Assembly (NCBI GenBank): GCA_013265495.1
Contig: MU062907.1
Coordinates: forward strand, 4,446,305 to 4,510,304
Reading direction: 5' to 3'
Origin: Vicugna vicugna
Lineage: Eukaryota
Length of the DNA stretch: 64,000 nucleotides
The notes beneath the pieces were generated by a model that saw only the letters and a program-made list of their open reading frames with translations, searched no databases and was not told the DNA's origin. A program made the translations under genes and the position numbers. This document shows, in pieces, positions 48,664 through 59,164 of this stretch; the stretch's first letter is position 1; each line of letters begins with the position of its first letter.

Positions 48664-48697
<34 letters not shown>
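48664..48697. repeat. (AC)17 microsatellite
   Basis: Direct reading. Confidence 0.95.
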
Positions 48698-48699
<2 letters not shown>

Positions 48700-49140
48700 T
48701 CATCCCTTATGAAAAGTTAGCGTGGCATGGGATGGCCTGTTAGAATTTCGATTCCAGCTTGAACATCCAATAAACAGAACGTCAGGCGTGCTGAGCACAT
48801 GCGGGCCAACTGTCCTGAGAAGACGCTGCGTAGACCTTCCTGGAGGTGGAGTACTCGCTGTGTTATGTGGATGTTACTGTATTAAGTGTTCCCAGCCTGT
48901 GTTCGTGATCAAATGCCAAAGCCGAGATGTACATGTACCCGCAGATGCATGTAATAAATGCTTCAGTAAATGAACAGCAGATTTCAGGGCAGCTGTAAAG
49001 TCTGGTTGGTGGGACCACTTAGGTTCTGTTTGGCATGGAGACAGGGACCTGGCCAGGACTAATCTTTCAAAATCTTGTGGAGTCTTCGGGGAGGATGCTC
49101 TTAAACTCTCATAATTAGCATGAACCACTGTCTTCCTCCT

Positions 49141-49205
49141 GAAACTATATTCAATGGGCAACCAATAACACAACACTGTAAATCAGCTATACTTTAATAA
49201 AAAAG
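49141..49205 (+). mobile_element. Very short, internally deleted L1 3' end
   Basis: gaaactatattcaat..aacacaacactgtaaatcagctatactttaataaaaaa. Confidence 0.7.
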
Positions 49206-50324
49206 ACGAAACCAGGCAATCAAGGCGAGGTGAGGAGCGTTCACATACAGGCTAGAACCCACCTCTTCCCCGAAAGGGGATGAGAATGTAGCTTTGTGTC
49301 TTCTCTTGGCTCTTAAAAAGTTCTCACCAGGGATTTGTCTGACTTGTGAAAAACACATTTGTGCACCTACAAATGTGACATAATAGCTCTCCAGTGATTA
49401 AGCTAGATCACTTAGCACGTTAACATGAGTTAGTGGGTAGACGTTTGATAAAAGACCTCTCCATACCTGGGTTTGCACTTCAATGACTGAATTAATCAGG
49501 TGATGCATTCTGGATGGTTATGAAACTCCAAAGAAAGTCGCCCCAGGTATAGGAGTGACGTTTAGGAAAACTGCATCAAAGAATAGGTACCCACAGACAC
49601 CCAGAGCTTCTGGGGGGAAATGCGTATTTTAAATTCTATAACAGAAATTCGGATTTTTAGGAAACGAATCGCGTGAACTGGATTCCGTTTCTAAAATCAG
49701 TTGTTGGCAGGCTAGGAAGAGACCTGATGTGGTTAATTTCTGAGCTGTGGCTCTGCGTGGCCATCATCATGTCTGGCCAGCCCATTCTAATCACCACTCT
49801 TGTAAAGCTTTGTCTTCTGCGCTGCCAGCGGGTGTCTGGCCCCTCGGACTCAGAAGAGCTGGCTGGACGGAGGCAGCTGAAATGGATGCTCATTCAGACA
49901 CTTTCCCTCCAGCCAGTATTAGCGCCGGCTCCTTCAACAGAAACGGGGATCCCGAGGGCTTCCATTGATTGGAAAATGTCACACACATAATACATAGATG
50001 ACTTAAAATGCCCGAGGCCCCTTTGTCTCTTTTTACTGCAGACTGAATGGTCAGGTTTCTCTGCTTCTTTCTCTCCAGGTTCTCCTAAGTTTTTCTTTGA
50101 AAAGACGTAAAGGGGAAAAATGTCCCTTTCTCCCTTGCTTCTGTGTGTCCGTGGAGCATAGAATGCTGGCCAGGGCTATGCCACTGCATGCTTTCCTTGT
50201 GAGTTTGTTCCACAAGTATTATACTGGGGCTATATGCATAATCATTCAAGTTAGTGGAGACCAGTCTGGCATGTTTTCAGACAATGACTTGCTTGGGATG
50301 GAGATGCCCAAGCATGATATATTT

Positions 50325-51056
50325 TTTCTTTTTTTAAATTGAAGTAGAGTTGATTTACAATGTTGTGTTAGTTTCAGGTGTACAGCAAAGTGATTCAGTT
50401 TTATATATATATATATACATATATATATAAAAATCCCCCCCACATACATATTCTTATATATATAAAAGAAAAGAATAAATGAATGTGTATATACATATAA
50501 AAGAATATCTATATTTTTAAAAAGAATATCTATTTTTAAGATTCTTTTTCATTATAGATTATTACAAGATATTGCGTATAGTCCCCTGGGCTATACAGTA
50601 GGTCCATGTTGTTTATCTATTTTATATACAGTAGTGTGTATCTGTTAATCCCAAGCTCCTAGTTTATCCCTCCCCAAACTTTGGTAGCCATAAGTTTGTT
50701 TTTCATGTCTGTGAGTCTCTTTCTGTTTTGTAAATAAGTTCATTTGTCTCATTTTTTAAAGATTCCAGATATAAGTGGTATTATATGATATTTGTCTTTC
50801 TCTGATTTCATTTAGTATGATAATCTCTAGGTCTGTCTATGTTGTTGCTGCAAATGGCATTATTTCATTCTTTTTAATGGCTGAGTAATATTCCATTGCA
50901 TATAGATACCACAGCTTCTTTATCCAGTCATCTGTCGATGGGCATTTAGGTTGTTTCCATGTCTTCACTACTGTAAATAGTGCTGAACATTGGGGGCATG
51001 TATCTTTTCCAATTAGGATTTTCTCCAGATACATGCCCAGGAGTGGGATTGCTGAA
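50325..51056 (-). mobile_element. 5'-truncated L1 with an expanded AT-rich insert
   Basis: aattgaagtagagttgatttacaatgttgtgttagtttcaggtgtacagc..; minus-strand ORF ..VKTWKQPKCPSTDDWIKKLWYLYAMEYYSAIKKNEIMPFAAT (L1 ORF2p C-terminus). Confidence 0.95.
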
Positions 51057-52003
51057 TGGGGACATCTTTTTAGGAGGCCATTGGCAACACTCAGAATGGA
51101 GATTTGGCCTCTCTATAGATGTCTGTTCTGTGAGTGAAAGTGGCATTAGGAGTCAGAGGCAGTGTTGCCACTTCTTAGCTGTGTGACCTGAGACCACCTG
51201 AGTCCCTTGTGCCTCAGTTTCAACAGCTGCAAAATGGGGGTGAGATAATTTAGCTTCCCCTTTAGACCTTTCTGACAAGTGGGTCCTTAGCCTGCTGGCC
51301 TGTTTGCAGCTACAGGCCATCACTCTTCTCATCGCCCCCGGGCTCCTATCTCACCCCTTTTTTGTATTAAGGTTCTTGACTTGGTCTCTTGTTTGGAAGC
51401 CCCGCTTCTACCCTGTGGACTTAGCGTTGTTATTAGCGCTTCCCAATTTTTCCCAGTGCCACCTATGCCCTCGCCCCTGGCTGAGCCCTCCATCGACTGG
51501 CTGGCTGGGACGGGCAATTGGGAGATGGCCTCCCAGGGCTGTTGAGAGTCACATGGTGGATGATGTGTGAAACGCCTAGTACAGAGTAACGCTCTTTCTC
51601 TCCACTTTCCCAAGGAACACTGTCCACTATCAGAGGAAGTAATTTGGGACAATCACTTAAAATCTCTGAGTCTGTGGAAAATAGGAATAATAATGTTACT
51701 CCAGTGGGTTGGGGGAGAGTCAAGGGGATAACGTAGGTCAAGAAGTTCAAGTCCTTATACCAAAAGAAGTTGAAGCTCTGCTCAGCCAACTCCAGGGCTG
51801 GGATTTGAGAATTCAAACCACCCGAGTGGTGAAAAGTATTTGCTATTTACCCAGTAAGTACAGGACCTAGGGTTCACATTGTTTTTAAGCACCCATAAAA
51901 ATATCTTACTTCCTTTTATTAAATGAAGATTAAAGATAAACTTTAAGATAGAAGAAAATGTTTTAATATATAATTTAAAAATGCATTTAAAAATTTTTAC
52001 ATT

Positions 52004-52095
52004 CTTTTTTATTGACACATAATGTACAATGTGGCGTCAATTTCTGGTATATAGTGTCATGTTTCAGTCATACATGTACATGTGTATATTCTTTT
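52004..52095 (-). mobile_element. Very short camelid-type L1 3' end
   Basis: ttttttattgacacataatgtacaatgtggcgtcaatttctggtatatag..cagtcatacatgtacatg. Confidence 0.75.
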
Positions 52096-52201
52096 TAATT
52101 ATAAAAATATGCATTTTTATAGCAATGCAGTTGCAAAATAAAATTTTTAAGATTTTTTTTGTTGTTGTTGATGGAAGAAGGGGCCATGGAGGCAAAATGC
52201 C

Positions 52202-52241
52202 CATATGACCTGGTCATATGCAGGTCATATGAGGTCATATG
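52202..52241. promoter_or_regulatory. Micro-repeat array forming a perfect DR4, a near-DR5 and four CATATG E-boxes
   Basis: catatgacc-t-ggtcatatg palindrome; AGGTCA-tatg-AGGTCA at 52222-52237; function untested. Confidence 0.45.
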
Positions 52242-52319
52242 CAGCCAAGACCTCATGACCATGGCCTTGAATGTCTGAACAGCTGATGTACATTATCACC
52301 ATTTTTAGCAGACATTCCC

Positions 52320-52420
52320 TCTCTTCTTTCATGAACCAGGAAGGAAATTCCACATAACATAAGCAAAACTTCTCTTCTTTCATGAACCAGGAAGGAAATT
52401 CCACATACATAAGCAAAACT
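52320..52420. repeat. Tandem duplication of a 51/50-bp unit
   Basis: tctcttctttcatgaaccaggaaggaaattccacata(a)cataagcaaaact occurs twice (52320-52370, 52371-52420), differing by one A. Confidence 0.97.
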
Positions 52421-55136
52421 GCTTGAAGCTGGTGACTTCCCAGCAAGGGGAACCAGTGACAGTCACCAAAGTAAACTGTCTTCTCCATCTCAGGGAGGCA
52501 GGTATGGTGAGGAGACCCGTCTTCTGAATGCAGAGAAGTCCCTTGACTACTTCCACTTGCCCTTGGTTTTCTGTGACTAGGGACTGATCTGGGTTTTATT
52601 TGCCATGAGGTCAAAAACATTCTGGGATTGGGTGAAGTCTGAGGGCTTCTGTCAAATGTAGACTTACATCGAAATGCAGGACTTACGGTGCATCGACTCC
52701 CCGGCCCCTCCGCCTCAGGGAATACCAGGGTGTTTAGCTCCCCTTAAATAAGGGGAGGGAAAGCCGGACATTTCCCCCCTGAAATTACTTCCCTGCATGT
52801 GAGGATCAAACAGGCCCCCCATTAGGAAGTACGAACATTCTCTTTGAATCGTTTGAATAACTGTAGGGGAGGTCCAAACCTCTGTCCTCACTTCATGCCC
52901 TTTCTGCCCTGTCTTCAGTCATCTGGGGAGGCGGTGTCCCCCCAGACAGTCACACCTCATCTCTAAGAGAGAGCGCTACGGTGTATAAAGTCATTCTAGC
53001 TACGCAATATGGGCTCTGATTCCATCACGACATGATGAAACGGATCAGTTTCTTGGTATAAAATCTTAAAAGGGTTCCGTGGACTCTTTAAGCCAAAAAA
53101 GGGCTTCTGAAAGCAGTTCAGGAAATTGCCGCTATAGAAGCGACTTCCACATGTGTCTCTCAGTATCGCCATCTCTCTCTGGACTGCAACACAGAAGAAG
53201 AGGACAGCTTATGCTCCTTTGAAAAGAAGGCACAATTAAAAAAAAAAAGTCCCTGAGAATCATGGGTGTGGGAAAGACATGCAGCCCATTACCTTTCTTT
53301 CCTTGGCTTTCAGAGCGATCGGTATTCTCAGTTTGCTACGAGCACGCCGCTCCATCTAGGTCAAGAGGAATTACGTGTGTGGAACTGAAGCGGAGCGCCG
53401 ATTTTAAGCAGAGCATGTGATCCTCAGGAGGCAGAGATGTGGTGTAAATTTGCATCTTCTTAAGACTCACCCTTTCTAAAAACGCTGAAGCCATTTTAAT
53501 CCGATAAAATAAAAAGGGAAGGGGTGACAATTCCATTCGCAGACTTCACACAACCTTTTCTTTTCATCTGAGTACAGAAATGCAGAATCATCTGTTCAGC
53601 GGTCACATGTCTTTGGGGCAGATTTTTTTTTTAAGTTGTAGTGCACGGAAAAATGGATGGTGGATATCATGCTTTGGAGACAAGAGGGACACTTTCTGTT
53701 CTTGAGGATGAGGGACCGTCCTTCTTTGTGAAGACTTTTCCGAAGTGAGAGCTGAAGGTACCTGAGGGGCAGAGAGGCCAGGGTTCGAGGAGGGCCCGTG
53801 TCATTAATGAGGACACAGAACACACACTCTTTATGGCATCTGAGCTTCTCTGAAGCCCTGCCATGGAGCAGAATCTTGGGCTCCTCCCAGCAGAGCTGCC
53901 AGTTATTTACTGGAAGCCAATTATGTGGCTCATTCTGTGGTATGTCTTCAGCTTCTGCTTTTGAATTTCCATGAGCGTTAGGCTTGGTCTTTTTCCTTCT
54001 TCTCTCTTGTTGCCGCTGGACTGTGAAACCCACAGTGGAGTCAGATTTCTTGGAACGGGTTTTCTGTTGATTTGTGCTCTCGCTTTGTCCTCAACTCAGT
54101 GCTGGTGTGTCCAAGCCACTGGGTGACACATACAAACAGGCAGATGGCCCTTACTACTGCCCTGGTGAGTTACCCGAGCAATTCAGGGTAATTGCTCAAA
54201 GGGAGCATTTACTCTTAAAGTCAGTCCTGAGGCTTCCTGTTAGTTCAATCTCACAAGTAGTTTTGGGTGTCCACAGCACTACAGCAGGTGATGTGAGGAC
54301 CAGAAGGATGAGGAAGGGATGGCTCTGTCTCTCAAGGACTTTACAATCAGGCAGGGAGGACAGAAGGGTCTGGAAGAAGTCTGTTAACATGAGATACTCA
54401 GTGTGATGTCACACAGACGATGAAGCCCTGCGGGAGGAGTGTGGGCGGGAGCAGGGAATAGGAGTTGGGCTGGAAGGGTAAGAAGGGTTTCACCATGTAG
54501 AGAAGGTAGGAGGTGAGGGCATCTGTGTTGAAAGGAACAGAAGTAAAAAGACATGGAAGAGACCTGGTGCCACCAGTGCGCGTGCCCGCACGCGTGCACA
54601 CAAGGGGGAAGTGCAGTGGGGTACAGACCTTGTGCACTGGATGCTGCTGGAGATGCAAAGACAAATCAGGCGCCAGGGTGTCCCAGCCCGAAAGAGCTAG
54701 TATGGAAGACAGGCCCATGCGTAAATAACTTTAATCTGAAACAGACTGACAGAGATGCTAGGGGCAAGTCATCCATCGTACATACTTTGCGCCCATCTCA
54801 GAAAGAAACTTAAGGAGGAAGGGTCGCATAGGACTTGGTAGGTTTAGATCCAGGGAGTTGGACCATTAGAAAAGTCAAAGATGACTTCTGCATTTCAAAG
54901 GCAATACCTCTGAATGACCGAATGACAGGCATAATACTTTTTGCTCCTTGTTCAGTTAAAATTTATAATTATTTTCGTCTAATACTAGACAACAACCTAC
55001 TGTGCTTTTATTCACACTTCAGTGTGTTGATTTATCTGATGGCCTCATAAATGGATATAAAAACTAAAGTCAACCAAAAAGAACAATGATCTACTGACCT
55101 CAAACCCTATCTGCAAATAGGTGCCTTCTAAGAAAA

Positions 55137-55700
55137 NNNNNNNNNNNNNNNNNNNNNNNNNNNNNNNNNNNNNNNNNNNNNNNNNNNNNNNNNNNNNNNN
55201 NNNNNNNNNNNNNNNNNNNNNNNNNNNNNNNNNNNNNNNNNNNNNNNNNNNNNNNNNNNNNNNNNNNNNNNNNNNNNNNNNNNNNNNNNNNNNNNNNNNN
55301 NNNNNNNNNNNNNNNNNNNNNNNNCAATGAAGTAAGTTAGAAAGAGAAAGAAATGTATGATATCACTTATATGTGGAATCTGAAAAAGTGATACAAATGA
55401 ACTTATTTACAAAACAGAAAGAGACTCATGGACATAGAAAACAAACTTTTGGTTACTAGGGGGGAAAAGGTGGAGGGATAAACTGGGAATCTGGGATTTG
55501 CAGGTACACATTACTGTACATAAAACAGATAGACAACCAGGACCTACTGTATAGCACAGGGAACTATATTCAATATTTTGTAATATAATGGAACAGAACA
55601 TACAAATATTTGTGTGTGTAATTGAATGACTATGCTTTTCACTAGAAACTAACACAATTGTAAATCAACTATGCTTCAATAAAAAAATTAAAAAAAAATA
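55137..55700 (+). mobile_element. L1 3' end whose 5' part lies in N-run 55137-55324
   Basis: gaagtaagttagaaagagaaag..atatcacttatatgtggaatct..aacacaattgtaaatcaactatgcttcaataaaaaaa. Confidence 0.92.
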
Positions 55701-56019
55701 AGTGCTGCGTGTGCAACACATAGGAAGAATGAACATATTTGCAGTGAGAGAGGGAGCGGAAGTGGTGAATTAAAAATCTGGGGGAGCTATCCCTCTGAAG
55801 CCCTGATAACTGGGAAATCTCATAAAGTATTTTTTCTTGCACAGACTGTTGGGAGGGGCTGAAGAGAGATGGCTTGGTGGGCTGTGGATGTGGAAGGGAG
55901 TGATCTGTGTGTCAGGCTGGGTAAGTCACAGTTCTAGAGGCTGGGAGATGGGAAAACGTGTGCAATAAGCATAAAGTCTTGCGAAGAAGGGGAGGGTTGA
56001 GTTCAAGTTAGACAGCTGA

Positions 56020-56230
56020 TGGCTACCATTTACTGGGCATTTACTAGGTTGTAAATCCACGTGGCTCCAAGCACATTATAGCTACTACCTCACTTAAAAT
56101 GTGAAGTTCATACCAACCTTATTAAGTATATCTTATTATTATGTTCATTTTACAGATGAATAAACTGAGGCATTGTGCTTAAATAACTTGCCAAGACGCA
56201 CAGTTAGAAGTGGGTGGTACCCGGAGCTTT
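56020..56230 (-). mobile_element. MIR SINE
   Basis: gctaccatttactgggcatttact..cattttacagatgaataaactgaggca..taacttgccaagacgcacagttagaagt. Confidence 0.8.
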
Positions 56231-56959
56231 TGCACTTAATCCCTTTGCCAAAATAACTCTAGGTAAAAGAAGGCAAAAGAAGAGAGGTATTCGACCTTTG
56301 GGTCTTCCTGTATAAAATAATGTTTTGTTTAGATTCAAGGACAGAATTTGTAAAACCTTTTTAAATTCCCTGGGGGAAAAACGCTGGATCACAGAATCAT
56401 ACAGTTTTAGAATGCTAAACACCAGGATTTATTTCTCATTCATAATATTTTTGAAGTGTTTTTAGATGAAGGAACTGAGACTGAGAATCAATTAAAATCA
56501 CCACATGTTCACGGGAGGTGATCAGCATACACTGAGACAGGCAGAAGGATGCTCACCGGCGTGCTGACATGACCCCACTGTGGGCAAGGACAAGGAAGCA
56601 GAGATCACGCATTTTAACAGAGGGCTGTAACTCTGCAAGGGAACCTCTCAGCACAAGGGAGAAGGCCTACTTGACTTCCTAGGGAAGCAAAGTGGATGTC
56701 CAAGGGGCTTCTGACTCAACTTTCAGATGAAGTGTTCACTCTTCTCTGAAGATGCCCTCCATGGCTGTTCAGTCTTAAACCACAGATAACATCACTTTTT
56801 CCTCCATGAACTTATGTTTAATAAATTCTCAGGGTACAGTATAGAATCTGTGTTGACTGGTGACTTGCTTTTCCAGTCAAATCCAATAGACTTTTGCATT
56901 TGTTTGATGGTTAGTTGAAGTCCTTATAAGGGCTATCTGAAAGTGTGTGAGGTGGATTT

Positions 56960-57215
56960 GCCCAGTGGTGAGGGGTCTAGCAGATAACCTTGAGCTGGCT
57001 TCAAGTTCAACCTCCACAATGACTTGTAAGTTGTTTAACTTCGGGCAAGATTCTTTACCTCCATACGTCTCAGTTTTCTCATGTGTAAAATGAGTGAAAT
57101 AATAATCCCTGTATCATAGGATTTGAGGGAGGATTAAATGAGCCAGGGCAGATAAAGGGCTTAGCATTTGCCCGGCTCAGAATGAGAACTCAATATATCT
57201 TAGCTAATTATAACA
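56960..57215 (+). mobile_element. Near full-length MIR
   Basis: cttcgggcaagatt..tctcagttttctcatgtgtaaaatgagtgaaataata..gaggattaaatgag..aaagggcttagca..ctcaatatatcttagcta. Confidence 0.85.
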
Positions 57216-57606
57216 AACAAAATAAATTCATTGTAAAATTTGTATTGTGTGAGTCCATCATTTGAAAACATAAACTATAGTAGGATATATAATGATCCAC
57301 GAGTTAACAGAGTTTATTATTGCAAACAGCGAACTTCCTCTTCCAAGCTGGGTTTCCAAACTCAAGAGGCCCCCTCAGTAGGGAGGGTAACCAATAAAGA
57401 GTGGCCATGTTTAGAAAATCCTTTATGGAGACAGCTCTGTTGTTTGCAATCCGTCGTGGGAAAACTCCTGTGAAAAACTCTCTTCCAGAATTAGAGTTAG
57501 GAAATGCCTTTCTCCCTCTAAGGCTTTCTTACCTTAGAAAAGGAAAGCCACCTCTTTCCCAACCCTGCCCGTTTTATTTTGGCTGCCAATAACCGCAGTG
57601 TTTATT

Positions 57607-57706
57607 GCGGGGCAGGGGCTAGCTCAGTGGCAGAGGGCATGCTTAGCACGCACGAGGTCCTGGGTTCTAGCCTCCGTACCCCCACTATAAACAACTCAAA
57701 ATAAAA
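57607..57706 (+). mobile_element. Short Vic-1-type SINE lacking the cctaattacctcccc tail
   Basis: ggggctagctcagtggcagagggcatgcttagcacgcacgaggtcctgggttc; diverged TSD aataaccgcagtgt / aagaacctcagtgt. Confidence 0.88.
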
Positions 57707-58089
57707 AGAACCTCAGTGTCTGTGCTCAGCTGCAGAAATTTCCCTTAGCATAGATTGGCTTTTTATTTTTCTTATGTCTTTGCACTCATTTTAATGATTT
57801 TTCAGCTTTATGATATTTGTGTCTTATATTTTAAGCTTCCTCAAAACCCTTCTATAACCTGGAGAAGAGAAATGTAAGTACAACAAAATACTATCACGCA
57901 GGCGGTTTTTCTTAGAAACATACCGTATGCTCAGTTCTGCAAATCTGGTTTGAGACATTTTTATTTGACCAAAACCCTTGAGGTTATTTAATTGCAATGG
58001 GGAAGGGGTCTTACAAGGGCCTCTGGGTCAAGGCTGTTACGTGGGCTGACCTGGTGGGGACATAATTTGCTAATGAGTCAACGCAGTTA

Positions 58090-58330
58090 ATAATCATAAA
58101 ATAATGCCAAACAACCAAGCAAAACAACAGCTAACACTTATAGATACCCTCATATACCTTAGCTCACTTATTTTTCTCATCGTCCTGCAAATGAGGAAAC
58201 GTGATTTTCGGCTTCATTTCATAGGAGAAAACAAAGGCTTAGGAATGGTTGGAGTTATGCTCCAAGTCTCCCAGGAATTAATTGCCTTAATCAAGATTTA
58301 AAGTCAGATCTTAATGAAAAACCCCAGGTC
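58090..58330 (-). mobile_element. MIR SINE
   Basis: cagctaacacttatag..gcaaatgaggaaac..ggagaaaacaaaggcttagg..ccccaggtcctgtcc. Confidence 0.65.
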
Positions 58331-59129
58331 CTGTCCGCTCTTCCAGGCTGCTTCCCCAAGGCCTAACCTCCTGAGTGCAATAAGCAGGTTTCCCCTTTAA
58401 CCTCTGGCCCTGCAGCCGAAAGATTGCTTGATGGAAGAGGGTAGGAGAAGGCAAGGAGTTTCTAAGTAAGAATTTGTCTTTCAAGAATGTTCTACCTGGA
58501 GGTGTTTTTTTTTTTTTTCTTGCTTAAATCTAGGATGGTCCTGAAAAATCAGTTGGGGAAGGCGTTTGGCAGAAAATACATCTGTAACAGCAGTTAGCTG
58601 AGCCCATGGCGTTGGGAGAGTGTCCCATTTGCTGAAATTGCACTTTCCTGGGTGTGTGTGATGAGACGGGGAGCTATCTAGGGCCATGGAGCCCCAGGAG
58701 TGAGTTCATTGAGCAAGCAGTGAATTCAGATGAAGTTTAAATTATCTGAACTGAGAGTCTCGGCTATTGGATAAAAAAGAATGTGATCAGTTTGAGTGAG
58801 GTTGGGTGTGGGATGAAGCATCACCCAACAAATGAAGATGGGGCTTTGTGGAGACCAAGGCAGCCGCCAGGCAGAGTTTCATCACACATGTTTTGAGGAG
58901 GGAGGGGTAGCTGGACCTGAATTGAATTAGACTCTGGTTCCACCCAGCCACGAGTTGCCTTTTGTGTGTAAGGGAACTGTTTCGTGGTGGTATGTGGTGC
59001 AGCCTATCACAGGAGTTCAATTCTTCCCGCCTCTTGTTTTGTTATCATTATAAAACGCTGAGTTATAAGAACCCCTCAGGTACTCCCATGGAAAAGTCAC
59101 CGACTTGGGTGGACCCAACCGCCATTTTT

Positions 59130-59164
59130 CATCACCATCCTGGTTCCATCACCATCCTGGTTCC
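59130..59164. repeat. Perfect 17-bp tandem duplication
   Basis: catcaccatcctggttc twice (59130-59146, 59147-59163). Confidence 0.95.

Larger units (their letters stand above)
51793..52269. mobile_element. Ancient hAT (Tip100/MamTip-like) element, interrupted by a short L1 tail
   Basis: Degenerate terminal inverted ends cagggctg / tggccttg; agaagaaaatgttttaatatata and gaaggggccatggaggcaaaatgcc resemble a recalled hAT consensus; family name uncertain. Confidence 0.45.

Noticed and set aside
50837-51034. ORF with a strong protein signature (KTWKQPKCPSTDDWIKKLWY)
   Set aside because: Dead L1 ORF2p C-terminus in a 5'-truncated copy, not a host gene; the same applies to ORFs at 17.5-18.0, 25.0, 30.5 and 44.1-44.5 kb
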